A DNA stretch of 64,000 nucleotides from an uncultured Candidatus Rokubacteria bacterium (GCA_963747235.1 CAVVEU010000040.1:448001-512000), one strand, 5' to 3'. Positions 9,353 to 19,223 are shown, counted from the stretch's first letter. The notes: a model not told the origin generated them from the sequence alone. Program-made: numbers and translations.

Positions 9353-10558
9353 GTGCGCGCCCCCGGCCCGCTCTCCGATCTGGTCGTCCTCGATCTCACC
9401 CGCGTGCTCGCCGGCCCCTACTGCACGCGCCTGCTCGCCGACCTGGGCGCGCGCGTGGTCAAGATCGAGCGGCCGGGCGAGGGCGACGACATGCGGAAGA
9501 ACCACCTCCAGATCGAGCCCGGCCGCGCCGACCAGTCCACCTACTTCATCCGCATCAACGTGGGCAAGGAGAGCGTCGCGGTGGACCTGAGCCACCCGCA
9601 GGGCCGCGGCGTGGTGGCCGATCTCTGCCGGGTCGCCGACGTCTTCGTCGAGAACTTCGCCCCCGGCGTGGTCGAGAAGCTCGGCCTGGGCCATGCCGCG
9701 ATGGCCGCCATCAAGCGCGATCTCGTCTACTGCTCGATCTCGGGCTTCGGCCAGACCGGCCCGTGGCGCGAGCGGCAGGCCTTCGCCCACATCATCAACG
9801 CGGCCTCCGGCATGATGCACCTCGACCAGGGCGATCAGCCGTCGCCCCGCGCGTCGAATCTCCAGGCCGCCGACGTGCTGGCCGGCACCCACGCCTTCGG
9901 CGCGATCCTGGCCGCGCTGCGCCGGCGCGATCGCACCGGGCAGGGCGCCTACCTCGACGTCTCGATGCTGGAGGCCCTGATCGCGGCCGACGACGTGTCC
10001 TACGCGGCGGTGCTCAACGGCGGCGAGGCGCAGGGCTCCCCTCGCCCGGCCATGGGCGTCTTCGCGGTGGGCGGCCGGCATCTGGCGCTCCAGACCGGCG
10101 GCGCCGCCGCGCTGTGGCCGCGGCTGCAGGCGCTGCTCGGCCGGCCCGACCTGGCCGCCGATCCGCGCTTCGAGACGCCGGACCAGCGGCGGCGCAACTG
10201 GCCCGCGCTCCGCGACATCATCGGCCTCTGGCTCGCGCGCTTCGCCACCGTGGACGCCGCGCTGGAGGCGCTCCGCGGCGCCCGCATCCCCGCCGCCGCG
10301 GTGCTGATGCCCGAGGAGGTCGTCGCGCACCCGCACCTGCAGGCGCGCGGCGCATTCCCCACCGTGCCGCATCCGGCCCGCGGCGAGGTCCGCGTCACCG
10401 CCGCGCCGTTCCAGCTCGATGGCCAACCGGTCACGCCGGCGGGACCGGCGCCGTACCGGGTCGGCGAGCATACCCGCTCCGTGTTGACCGAGCTGCTTGG
10501 TTACAAGGAACGTGAGATCGACGATCTCGCCCAGGCCGGCGCCGTACAGGCGCCCTGA
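9353..10558 (+). CDS. Family III CoA-transferase (CaiB/BaiF)
   Basis: DLTRVLAGPYCT, LADLGARVVKIERP, VENFAPG, SISGFGQTGP. Confidence 0.93.
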   Translation: MRAPGPLSDLVVLDLTRVLAGPYCTRLLADLGARVVKIERPGEGDDMRKNHLQIEPGRADQSTYFIRINVGKESVAVDLSHPQGRGVVADLCRVADVFVENFAPGVVEKLGLGHAAMAAIKRDLVYCSISGFGQTGPWRERQAFAHIINAASGMMHLDQGDQPSPRASNLQAADVLAGTHAFGAILAALRRRDRTGQGAYLDVSMLEALIAADDVSYAAVLNGGEAQGSPRPAMGVFAVGGRHLALQTGGAAALWPRLQALLGRPDLAADPRFETPDQRRRNWPALRDIIGLWLARFATVDAALEALRGARIPAAAVLMPEEVVAHPHLQARGAFPTVPHPARGEVRVTAAPFQLDGQPVTPAGPAPYRVGEHTRSVLTELLGYKEREIDDLAQAGAVQAP

Positions 10559-10583
10559 GGCGGGGCCACAGGAGAGACGAGAC

Positions 10584-12221
10584 ATGGCGGCGACACCGAT
10601 GACGGGCGGCGAAGCGCTGGTACGCTCCCTCTACACCGAAGGCGTCCGCGTGATCTTCGGGCTGCCCGGCGTGCAGCTCTACGGCGTGATGGCGGCGCTG
10701 CGCGACGAGCCACGCATCCGCTTCATCACCACGCGCCACGAGCAGGCCACGAGCTTCATGGCCGACGGCTACGCGCGCGCGGGCGGGAGCTTCGGCACCG
10801 CCCTCGTGGTGCCGGGCCCGGGCCTGCTCAACGCGATGTCCGGACTCTCCACCGCCTACTCGGCCTCCTCGCCGGTGCTGATCCTCTCCGGCCAGATCCC
10901 GCGCGATAGCATCGGGAAGGACATCGGGCTGCTCCACGAGGTGAACGACCAGCTCGACTGCATCACGCCGGTCACCAAGTGGCGCAAGCGCGTGCTGCAG
11001 GTCGCCGACATTCCCGCCGCGGTGCGCGAGGCGGTCATCCAGCTCCGGTCGGGCCGGCCGCGCCCGGTCGAGCTCGAGATGCCGCCCGAGACGATGGAGG
11101 ACGAGGGCCTCGCCGAGCTGCTGCCGCCGACCGAGGTGCCCCGGCCCGCCGCGGCTGCGCGCGACGTGGACCGCGCGGCCGAGCTGCTGCTCGGCGCGCG
11201 CGCGCCGCTGATCTACGCGGGCGGCGGCGTCCATCTCTCCGGCGCGCACGACGCGCTCGCGGCGGTGGCCGAGCACCTGCAGGCCGGCGTGGCCCAGTCC
11301 GCCGAGGGCAAGGGCGCGGTGAGCGACCACAACACGCTGTCGCTCGGCGCCGCCTACTGGCGCGACTCGCCGCTGCGCAATCACGTGCAGGACGCCGACG
11401 TGGTGCTGGCGGTGGGCACGCGCCTGGCCCTGGTGACCTTCAAGCCGGGCACGCGCATCGTCCAGATCGACGCGGACGAGCGGGAGATCGGGCGCAACCA
11501 CAAGGACACGCTCGGCCTGGTCGGCGACGCGCGGGCCACCCTCGAGGCCCTGCTCGAGCGGCTGCGCGCGGCGTCCCCGCCCCGGGCCTCGCGCAAGGCG
11601 GAGCACGAGGCGCTCCGCGCGAGGATCGCGGCCGACAACACGATGGAGCCCAACGCGTCGATCATCAAGACCCTCCGGGCCGCGACCCCCGAGAACGCCA
11701 TCCTGGTGGCGGGCATGACCCAGATCGGCTACTACTCGCGACCGTTCTGGCCGGTCTACGAGCCGCGGACGTATCTCTCCTCGTCGTACTCCGGCAACCT
11801 CGGCTACGCCTATCCGGTGGCCCTCGGGGCCAAGGTCGCCCGCCCGGACCGTCCGGTGGTCTCGGTCTCGGGCGACGGCGGCTTCCTCTTCAACGCGCAG
11901 GAGCTGTCCACCGCCGCCCGCTACGGCATCAACGTGGTGGCGGTGGTCTTCAACGACAGCTCGTACGGCAACGTGGCGCGCGATCTCGACGAGTCCTGGG
12001 GCGGCCAGTACGGCGCGGAGCTGAAGAACCCGGACTTCATGAAGCTGGCCGACGCCTACGGCGTCCTCGGCATGCGCGCCAAGGACCCGACCGAGGTCGG
12101 ACGCCTCGTGCGCGAGGCCATCGACAAGGATCGCCCGGCGCTGGTAGAAGTGCCGGTCGGCCGGATGAACCGCCCGATGTTCTTCGCCCCGCGGCGGACG
12201 CCGGCCAAGCACCCGCGCTAG
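10584..12221 (+). CDS. Thiamine pyrophosphate-dependent enzyme (acetolactate synthase-like)
   Basis: RHEQ motif; GDGG...NDSSYG TPP-binding motif; AGGAG RBS. Confidence 0.92.
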   Translation: MAATPMTGGEALVRSLYTEGVRVIFGLPGVQLYGVMAALRDEPRIRFITTRHEQATSFMADGYARAGGSFGTALVVPGPGLLNAMSGLSTAYSASSPVLILSGQIPRDSIGKDIGLLHEVNDQLDCITPVTKWRKRVLQVADIPAAVREAVIQLRSGRPRPVELEMPPETMEDEGLAELLPPTEVPRPAAAARDVDRAAELLLGARAPLIYAGGGVHLSGAHDALAAVAEHLQAGVAQSAEGKGAVSDHNTLSLGAAYWRDSPLRNHVQDADVVLAVGTRLALVTFKPGTRIVQIDADEREIGRNHKDTLGLVGDARATLEALLERLRAASPPRASRKAEHEALRARIAADNTMEPNASIIKTLRAATPENAILVAGMTQIGYYSRPFWPVYEPRTYLSSSYSGNLGYAYPVALGAKVARPDRPVVSVSGDGGFLFNAQELSTAARYGINVVAVVFNDSSYGNVARDLDESWGGQYGAELKNPDFMKLADAYGVLGMRAKDPTEVGRLVREAIDKDRPALVEVPVGRMNRPMFFAPRRTPAKHPR

Positions 12222-12249
12222 TGAGACGCCCCGGCGAGGGATAGGCGGC

Positions 12250-13335
12250 ATGGAAGCGCCGGCCTCGGGCGAGCGCGGCTCCGCGGACCGGCTGCAGTTC
12301 CTGGACGCGGTGCGGGGCTTCGCCCTGCTGCTGATGATCGCGAACCACACCGGCCGCTGGTGGCAGGACGGCGCCATGGGCTGGCCGCGCTACAACCTGA
12401 TCTACGCGACGATGGCGGTGGGCGCGCCGCTCTTCCTGTTCCTGGTCGGCTTCTGCCTGCCCCTGTCGTTCGCGCCGCGCCGCCAGGCGGGCGCGCCGCT
12501 CAGCCCCGGCGTGGCCGCGAAGTTCCTCCAGCGCGGGGCGAAGCTCGTGCTGGCGGGCTGGGCGCTCAACCTGGTCGTCTTCCGCGACGAGCCGTTCTGG
12601 GAAGGCGGCGTGCTCCAGACCATCGGGCTCGGCATCATCCTGGCCCTGCCCCCGATGCTGATCCTGCACCGACGGGTGGCCCGCTATCTCCTCGTGGGGT
12701 TCGCGCTCGCCTTCTACGCGCTGTTCTCGATCTTCCACTCGAGTATCGAGGCCTGGCTGCCCACCCATCGCGCCCTCGGGCGCATCTTCTTCTTCGAGTT
12801 TCCTCCGTGGCCCTGGATCGCCATCGTGTGGATCGGGCTCTCGCTGGGCTGGGTCTTCGCGCTCCAGGACACGCCCGAGCGGCGCGCCCGCTACCTCACC
12901 CGCATGACCGCGGCGGGCCTCGCCGGCCTCGCCGTCTTCGCGATCTGGGACTGGGCGCACGGCACGCCGCTCCATCTCTCGCTGGCCTTCAAGCGCGACT
13001 TCGTCGTCAACAACCACTGGACCGCGCGCGGGATCACGACGTTTCTGTGCGTCGGCTCGGTCTTCTGCCTGCTCGGCCTCGCGTACTACCTGGTCGAGGT
13101 CAAGCGCCTGCCCGCCGGATGGCTGGTGATCCTCGGACGCACGTCGCTGATGCTCTACTTCCTCCATCACCTGATCGTGCTCACGCTCGCCAAGGAATGG
13201 CTCGGTCTCAAGCTGAACAACTGGTGGTGGTACGCGCTCGCGAACGCGGTGCTGCTGGTTCTCCTCGTGGGAATCGGCCGGCTCTGGCTGGCCATCCGCG
13301 CCGTCGCGGCTCGGCGGCGCCTCCAGCCCGCGTAG
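12250..13335 (+). CDS. DUF1624/heparan-alpha-glucosaminide N-acetyltransferase-like membrane protein
   Basis: RLQFLDAVRGFA, APLFLFLVG, GVLQTIG, LGRTSLMLYFLH. Confidence 0.8.
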   Translation: MEAPASGERGSADRLQFLDAVRGFALLLMIANHTGRWWQDGAMGWPRYNLIYATMAVGAPLFLFLVGFCLPLSFAPRRQAGAPLSPGVAAKFLQRGAKLVLAGWALNLVVFRDEPFWEGGVLQTIGLGIILALPPMLILHRRVARYLLVGFALAFYALFSIFHSSIEAWLPTHRALGRIFFFEFPPWPWIAIVWIGLSLGWVFALQDTPERRARYLTRMTAAGLAGLAVFAIWDWAHGTPLHLSLAFKRDFVVNNHWTARGITTFLCVGSVFCLLGLAYYLVEVKRLPAGWLVILGRTSLMLYFLHHLIVLTLAKEWLGLKLNNWWWYALANAVLLVLLVGIGRLWLAIRAVAARRRLQPA

Positions 13336-13428
13336 CGCCGGTGCTCTTTTCCGGCCGGGCCCTGACGATTTCTGGAGCCTCGTTCCGCTCTCGCGGCTGA
13401 ACCGGCTGATTTCCCTGCCGCATCCCGC

Positions 13429-13443
13429 TGGCCCGCGTCTTGC
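13429..13443 (+). promoter_or_regulatory. sigma54 -24/-12 promoter
   Basis: TGGCCC-GCGTC-TTGC with correct GG/GC spacing, 14 nt before the receiver gene. Confidence 0.6.
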
Positions 13444-13456
13444 TCTCTCAAGGGGC

Positions 13457-13849
13457 ATGGCCGCTCCCGCATCGCGCCCGAAAATTCTCGTGGTGGACGA
13501 CGAGCCCATCATCGCGCAGCTCATCACCGACGTGCTGACCGGTGATGGCTACGACGTCGACACCGCGTCGGACGGCCTCGTCGCGCTCGAGCACATCGGC
13601 CGCCACGCGTACGACCTCATCCTCAGCGATCTGCGCATGCCCGGGCTCGACGGGCTCGGCCTCTACCGCGAGCTGGAGCAGAGCCGGCCCGAGCTGGCGC
13701 GCCGCTTCGTCTTCATCACCGGCACCTCCGAGCACACCGACTACGCGGGGCTCATCGGAGACCTCGCCGTGCCCATCCTCACCAAGCCGTTCGACATGTC
13801 GGCGCTCCAGCGCGTCGCCCGCGAGACTCTGGCCGCCTCCGTTTCCTGA
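13457..13849 (+). CDS. Stand-alone response regulator receiver domain
   Basis: ILVVDDE, SDLRMPGLDG, FITG, KPF. Confidence 0.92.
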   Translation: MAAPASRPKILVVDDEPIIAQLITDVLTGDGYDVDTASDGLVALEHIGRHAYDLILSDLRMPGLDGLGLYRELEQSRPELARRFVFITGTSEHTDYAGLIGDLAVPILTKPFDMSALQRVARETLAASVS

Positions 13850-13947
13850 CCCGTCCGGCTCCTGACGGGCGTCCCGCCGCTGACAAACCGCGTCACTCCG
13901 CGTCGCGGTAGGGCTCACAAATCCAGCCGCTTAGCCGGCCTCTCGCC

Positions 13948-13962
13948 TGGCATGCGCCATGC
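13948..13962 (+). promoter_or_regulatory. sigma54-like promoter
   Basis: TGGCAT-GCGCC-ATGC, correct spacing, upstream of the mlaC-like gene. Confidence 0.5.
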
Positions 13963-14000
13963 TCTGTCTCAAGCCGGGGAGTGATCCCCCGGAGGGAATC

Positions 14001-14684
14001 ATGCAAAAGGCACTGGCGATGTGGCTCCTGCTCGCGGCGAGCGGTGGCGCGCAACCCGAGGTGAGTCCGACCCAGGTGGTGCAGAAAGCCACCGAGCAGG
14101 TCTTGCAGGTCGTCCAGGATGGCCAGCTGGCCGCGTCGGCCAGCCCGGAGCACCGGCGCCTCGAGGTCCAGCGCATCGCCGACCGCCTCTTCGACTTCCA
14201 GGAGATGTCCCGACGCTCGCTGGCGCTGCACTGGCGCGAGCGCACCCCGCAGGAGCAGGCCGAGTTCGTCGCGGTGTTCAAGCAGCTCCTCGGCCGCGCC
14301 TACATCGGACGGCTGGAGAACTACTCCGGCGAGCAGATCGTGTACCTGAGCGAGCACGTGGATGGCGAGTTCGCCACTGTCCGCTCCAAGATCGTGACCG
14401 GACGCGGCGCGGAGATCCCGGTGGACTACCGTCTCCACCAGGTGGGCGCGCGCTGGGTGGTCTATGACGTCGCGGTGTCCGGCGTGAGCTTCGTCGCGAA
14501 CTACCGCGGGCAGTTCGACAAGATCATCCGGAGCTCGTCGTACGCGGCCCTGATGCGCGACCTGAAGGTGAAGTACGCGGAGATGACCGGCCGCGCGGCG
14601 GCGCCCCCGCTTGCTGCCCCGGTTGCTCCCCAAGTTACTCCTGTGGTTGCTCCCGCCGCCGCGCCCGCCCCGAAGAATCCGTAG
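14001..14684 (+). CDS. mlaC: MlaC/Ttg2D phospholipid-binding periplasmic protein with Pro/Ala-rich tail
   Basis: FDFQEMSRRSL, VDYRL, VYDVAVSGVSFVANYRGQF; GGAGG RBS. Confidence 0.88.
   Translation: MQKALAMWLLLAASGGAQPEVSPTQVVQKATEQVLQVVQDGQLAASASPEHRRLEVQRIADRLFDFQEMSRRSLALHWRERTPQEQAEFVAVFKQLLGRAYIGRLENYSGEQIVYLSEHVDGEFATVRSKIVTGRGAEIPVDYRLHQVGARWVVYDVAVSGVSFVANYRGQFDKIIRSSSYAALMRDLKVKYAEMTGRAAAPPLAAPVAPQVTPVVAPAAAPAPKNP
14611..14658 (+). repeat. Four degenerate 12-nt tandem units encoding the Pro/Ala/Val tail
   Basis: TTGCTGCCCCGG TTGCTCCCCAAG TTACTCCTGTGG TTGCTCCCGCCG. Confidence 0.5.
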
Positions 14685-14900
14685 CCCGCCCGGCCGAGAC
14701 CGGCGGGCCGCGCCGCGGGCCCGCGCTCGGATCGGCACCCGCCCGATCCGCCGTCCGCCCACCCACCTGCCCCGGCCTCTCGACCACCGATCGCTCCTCG
14801 ATCCGCCCCGCCGAATTCGCGGGGCCACTCTGATAGACTCGGGCAGCCGGATCGGGCCGACCCCGTTCGTGGGGCCGACCCGTCCTCAAGGAGGAGCGCG

Positions 14901-15182
14901 ATGACCCGAGCGTGGGCGGGGCTGCTGGTCTGTGTGCTCGCGGTCGGCCTTGTCGTGGGGTGCAGCCGCAGCAAGGAAGATCTCATCCAGAAGTCGCGCG
15001 GCGTCGGCACGCGCGCGGAGCTCGAGCGGGCGCTCGGCAAGCCGAGCGACATCAGCAAGCTGGGCCCGGTGGAACGGTGGACCTACCAGGCCTCGAACGG
15101 GAACGTGGTCTTCCTCATCGTGGGCGACACGGTCACGATGCAGGCCACCATGAGCCCGGACGAGAAGAAAGACCAGAAGTAG
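14901..15182 (+). CDS. Small lipoprotein, SmpA/OmlA-like
   Basis: VVGC lipobox; LGKP...ERWTY motif; AAGGAGG RBS. Confidence 0.8.
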   Translation: MTRAWAGLLVCVLAVGLVVGCSRSKEDLIQKSRGVGTRAELERALGKPSDISKLGPVERWTYQASNGNVVFLIVGDTVTMQATMSPDEKKDQK

Positions 15183-15193
15183 GAGGACTCGAC

Positions 15194-16034
15194 GTGAGCG
15201 AATCCATCTCCGACCATCTCACGCGACGGCTCGATCGCCTGGAGCGCGAGAACCGGCGCCTCAAGCTCCTGGGCGGCCTCGCGCTGCTCGGGCTCGCCGC
15301 CCTGACCGTGATGGGCCAGACCGCGCCCACCTCGGTGGCCAACACGCTCGAGGCGGAGCGCTTCGTCCTCCGTGACAACGCGGGCAACGTGCGCGCCACC
15401 CTCGGCCTCCGCCCGGACGGCACCGCCGCGCTGGCGCTGGCCGACGACACCCAGCAGGACCGCGCGGTGCTGAGCGTCACCGCGCCCGGCCTGGCGAGCG
15501 TCGATCTCTCCGATCGCGCCGGGCACCTGCGCGCCGGCCTGGGGGTGCGCGCGGACGGCGCGGCCCTGCTCTCGCTCCTCGATCAGACCGATCGGCCCCG
15601 CCTCGAGCTCCGGACGTACGGCGACGGGCGCCCGAGCGTCGCCCTGCTCGACCAGGGTGGCCGGCCCCGGTCGCTGCTCGCGCTCACCGCCGAGGGCGCC
15701 ACCGGGCTCACGCTCTACGACCGCAACGGGCGGCGGCGCGGCGCGATGGGGACGGAGCCGGCGGGCGCGCCCGCGGTGTGGCTCTACGACGTCGAAGGCA
15801 ACGGCCGCGCCATGCTCGCGGTCACCGGCGACGGGCAGCCCACGCTCAATCTCACCGACGCGGGCGGCAAGGGACGGCTCTGGCTGCGCGTGAGCGCGGA
15901 TCTTCCAGCTTCCGTTCTTGAGCCTGCACGATCGGGACGGCAAGCAGCGCGTGGCCATGCTCCTGTAGCAGGGCGGCGTGCCGAGGCTGGCCCTCGGCGA
16001 CGCCGCCGAGCGGGTGATCTGGAAGGCCCCCTAG
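15194..16034 (+). CDS. Membrane-anchored protein with about 9-10 tandem 23-aa beta-rich repeats; frameshift near 15905 and in-frame TAG at 15966
   Basis: AGGAGG RBS; coiled coil RLDRLERENRRLK then TM helix; repeats LxLxDxxGxxRxxLxxxxxG; continues in another frame to VIWKAP* at 16032-16034. Confidence 0.75.
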
Positions 16035-16040
16035 GCCCGC

Positions 16041-16679
16041 ATGCCCGGCACCAATGTCCTGGTGCTGGTCGGCCTCGTCTTCTACCTGGCCGCCAGCCTT
16101 CTGCTCTGGCGGCTGCTCCTCAAGGAGTCGCCGCCGATGGGGCCGCGCCGGAGCCGGCCGCGCTGGCCCCGCCGTCTCGCGAAGGCCTTCGCGACCCTCG
16201 TCGGCGGCACCGCCGCGGGCGCGGCCTCGCTGCTCGTCGTCGCGACCGTCGTCAACGCGGGCAAGCCCGGCACCTTGTCCTCGCACGAGATGCTCGCGGT
16301 CTGGGCGGTGGCGTCGGTGATCGCGATGCTCTTCATCGGACGCGCCCCGCTGATCCGGAGGGTGGTGACGCGCGCCTGCCTCGCCGTGGGGGTGCAGGGC
16401 GTGATCCTGCCGCTGGCCAGCCTGCTGTCCTTCGTCGTGGCGGGCGAGCGCCTGGCCGGCTCCGCGGGCACCGGCGCCGAGCGAACGGTGGAAGTGCTCG
16501 GGGTGCGACTGGTGGGCAACCTGCCCGCGGTCTGGATCGGGCTCGGCGGGTTCTGCGTCGGCCTGACCCTCGTGTTCATCGGCGACCGGGCGCACCGCCA
16601 GGTCGCCCGGCGCCGCGCGCGGCGGAACTTCCGCTCCTCGCGCGCGGGCATCATCTCCGCCCGCCGTCGCCACCGCTAG
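16041..16679 (+). CDS. Hypothetical membrane protein (about 5 TM)
   Basis: Multiple hydrophobic helices; follows the previous gene by 6 nt. Confidence 0.7.
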   Translation: MPGTNVLVLVGLVFYLAASLLLWRLLLKESPPMGPRRSRPRWPRRLAKAFATLVGGTAAGAASLLVVATVVNAGKPGTLSSHEMLAVWAVASVIAMLFIGRAPLIRRVVTRACLAVGVQGVILPLASLLSFVVAGERLAGSAGTGAERTVEVLGVRLVGNLPAVWIGLGGFCVGLTLVFIGDRAHRQVARRRARRNFRSSRAGIISARRRHR

Positions 16680-16728
16680 GAGGGGGCTGAAAAGGCCCCT
16701 CTGCTTCGTCGGCGCCCTCCGGGAACCG

Positions 16729-18036
16729 CTAGCGGGGGGGCGCGGGCTCGCTCCGGGCGAGGCGGGCGCGGGCTTCTTCGAGCGCGAGCGCGACGTGCAG
16801 GCGGCAGTGGTAGACGTCGCGCTGATGCGGCAGGGAGAGGCGGCGGGCCAGGCCCTCGATCTGGCCCCGCAGTGACTCGAGGCGCGTGACTTCCTGGCGG
16901 AGCGCCTCCGGGCCCGGCGCCGACGCGACCGCGGCCTCGGCGTCCCGCAGCAGCGCGTAGTGCCGCTCGAGGATGCGGTTGCCGCGCCACCGCAGGAGCC
17001 ACGGCAGGATCTTGAAGAGCGGCACCCAGATCGCGATGAGAGGCAGCAGGAGCACGCGAAGCTGGATCACCCACCGGAGCGCCCAGTACGGCAGCACGCG
17101 CGAGAGGAACGACTCGCCGCGGGCCAGGTAGGAATCCGCCGCGTCGTGCAGCGGGACGTCCACACCCTCGCGGGTGGGAAAGCGTCCCGGGGGATCGAGG
17201 AGGCTCCCCGCGCCGTGCACCGCCTGGGCCACCGTGAGGATCTGCTCGACCGCGCGAGGATGGAGCGTCTCGCGGCAGACCAGCAGGGCCGCCGGCGCCA
17301 TCAGCGTGATCGCCTCCCGCGGCAGGCCGGCCTTCAGGTCGAGCAGCCCCGGCGGGATCCGCATCGCGGAGAGATAGCGGAAGTTGCCGCTGAAGGCGGC
17401 GTCGCGCTGGAAGCTCAGCAGGCGGACGTCCGGCCGGTGGAGGAGCGCCGCGACGTTGGCGTCGCGGTAGGAGGACACGAAGAAGGCCGCGTCGATCTCG
17501 CCGCTCTCGAGGCGCCCGCGCGCCTCGGTGCCCGGCAGGCTCACGAGGTTCGGACCCGAGGTCGGCAGACCGACGCCCTCGAGCAGCGCCCGGGCGATCG
17601 CCTCCGTCCCGCTGCCGGGCGCGCCGACCGCGATGCGCCGGCCGGCCAGCGCGCCGAGGTCGTCGGTCACCACCTTGCCGCGATAGAAGATCCAGAGGGG
17701 CTCGCGATACAGCGCGGCCATCCCGCGCAGCCGGCCGTCCACGTCCTTCGCGAGCGGGTAGGTGCCGCCCTGCACGAAGGCCACGTCCACCTCGCCGCGC
17801 AGCAGGCGCTCCAGGTTCTCGACCGAGCCCGCGGTGCGGCGGAGGTCCACGCGCAGGCCCTCACGGGCGAGCCGCCGCTGGTACTCGCGGCCGAAGTCGT
17901 CGTAGGCGCCCCCCGGCTGGCCGGTGGCCAGCACGATGCGGGTGGGCGGGAACGGATCCACGAAGCGGAGGCTGAGGCCGACGACGGCGACGGTGAGCAC
18001 CGCCGCCACCGCCCAGAGCGCGAGCCGGCCCTTCAC
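16729..18036 (-). CDS. TAXI-family TRAP solute receptor with C-terminal TM extension
   Basis: ATGQPGGAY, TAGSVENL, VQGG, LYREPLW, GAPGSGT. Confidence 0.85.
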   Translation of the reverse strand: MKGRLALWAVAAVLTVAVVGLSLRFVDPFPPTRIVLATGQPGGAYDDFGREYQRRLAREGLRVDLRRTAGSVENLERLLRGEVDVAFVQGGTYPLAKDVDGRLRGMAALYREPLWIFYRGKVVTDDLGALAGRRIAVGAPGSGTEAIARALLEGVGLPTSGPNLVSLPGTEARGRLESGEIDAAFFVSSYRDANVAALLHRPDVRLLSFQRDAAFSGNFRYLSAMRIPPGLLDLKAGLPREAITLMAPAALLVCRETLHPRAVEQILTVAQAVHGAGSLLDPPGRFPTREGVDVPLHDAADSYLARGESFLSRVLPYWALRWVIQLRVLLLPLIAIWVPLFKILPWLLRWRGNRILERHYALLRDAEAAVASAPGPEALRQEVTRLESLRGQIEGLARRLSLPHQRDVYHCRLHVALALEEARARLARSEPAPPR

Positions 18037-19199
18037 CGGCGCCGGAACTCCTCCTTCGTGGCCGCGAGCCGGGACGGATCGGCGAGCAGGTCCGCCGCGC
18101 TGAGCGCCATCAGCTTGGCGCCCGCGAGCAGTCCCGTCCGCGCGGCCGGCGCCACCGCGGCGGCGGCGAACTCGCGCGTGTGGATCGCGGTCCCCAGCGG
18201 CGCGATGGCCACCCACGCGTGGATCGTCGGCGTCACCTGGCTCACGTTCCCGATGTCCGAGGAGGCGACGCGATCCGGCGCGGCCGGGCCCTCGGCCAGC
18301 CCGGCGGCGGCCAGATTGCCCGCGAAGACGTCGTTGAGCGCCTGGTTGCGCCGGAGCGGCTCGTAGATGTCGGTGTGCTGGAAGGCGGTGAGGCGCGTGG
18401 ACGTGGCGGCGGCCGCGGCCTCCGCGGCGGCGACCACGCGGCGGTAGAGCGCCCACATCGCGTCCAGGCTCGGCCCGCGCACGTTGAAGTCGGCGACCGC
18501 GCGCTCCGGGATGATGTTGGCGGCGGCGCCGCCCTCCGCGACGACCCCGTGGATGCGGCAGTCGGGCCGCATCTGCTGGCGAAGCATGGCCACCGCGTTG
18601 AAGGTCGCGACGCAGGCGTCGAGCGCGTTCACGCCCTCCCACGGATCGGTCGAGGCGTGGGCGGCGCGGCCCGCCCACTCGAACGTCACGCGCACCACGC
18701 CGAGCAGGTCCTGGTGGAGCAGCGTGCGATCGAAGCCGTGGATCATCATGGCCGCGTCCACGCCCTTGAAGACGCCCGCCTCCACGAGCACGCCCTTGCC
18801 CCCGCCCCGCTCCTCGGCGGGCGTGCCGATCACCTGGATGCGTCCGCCGGGCAGGCGGTCGCGCACCGCCATCAGCGCGGCGCCCGCGCCGGCCCCGGCG
18901 GCGGCGATGACGTTGTGCCCGCAGGCGTGGCCGATGCCGGGCAGCGCGTCGTACTCGCAGAGGATGGCGAGCGTGGGACCCGGGCCGGTGTCGAGGCTCG
19001 CGCGGAACGCGGTCTCGACGCCGCCCACGCCGGTCTCCACCTGGAAGCCGTGCTTGGCGAGGAACTCGCCGATCCAGCCGCAGGCGCGCCGCTCCTCGAA
19101 GGCCAGCTCGGGATGCGCGTGGATGCGCGACGACAGCGCGGCGAGCTCGTCGCCCAGCCCGTCCACCGACTCCGCGATGCGTTGCTTGAGGGCGTCCAT
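18033..19199 (-). CDS. M20 family amidohydrolase (AbgB/ACY1L2-like)
   Basis: HPELAFEE, EYDALPGIGHACGHN, GTPAEE. Confidence 0.92.
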   Translation of the reverse strand: MDALKQRIAESVDGLGDELAALSSRIHAHPELAFEERRACGWIGEFLAKHGFQVETGVGGVETAFRASLDTGPGPTLAILCEYDALPGIGHACGHNVIAAAGAGAGAALMAVRDRLPGGRIQVIGTPAEERGGGKGVLVEAGVFKGVDAAMMIHGFDRTLLHQDLLGVVRVTFEWAGRAAHASTDPWEGVNALDACVATFNAVAMLRQQMRPDCRIHGVVAEGGAAANIIPERAVADFNVRGPSLDAMWALYRRVVAAAEAAAAATSTRLTAFQHTDIYEPLRRNQALNDVFAGNLAAAGLAEGPAAPDRVASSDIGNVSQVTPTIHAWVAIAPLGTAIHTREFAAAAVAPAARTGLLAGAKLMALSAADLLADPSRLAATKEEFRRR

Positions 19200-19223
19200 C
19201 GGCCCACCACGATACCATGAGCC

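Noticed and set aside
16679-16704. GAGGGGGCTGAAAAGGCCCCTC hairpin between convergent genes
   Set aside because: Could be a terminator or degenerate repeat, but it is short, imperfect and has no U-tract
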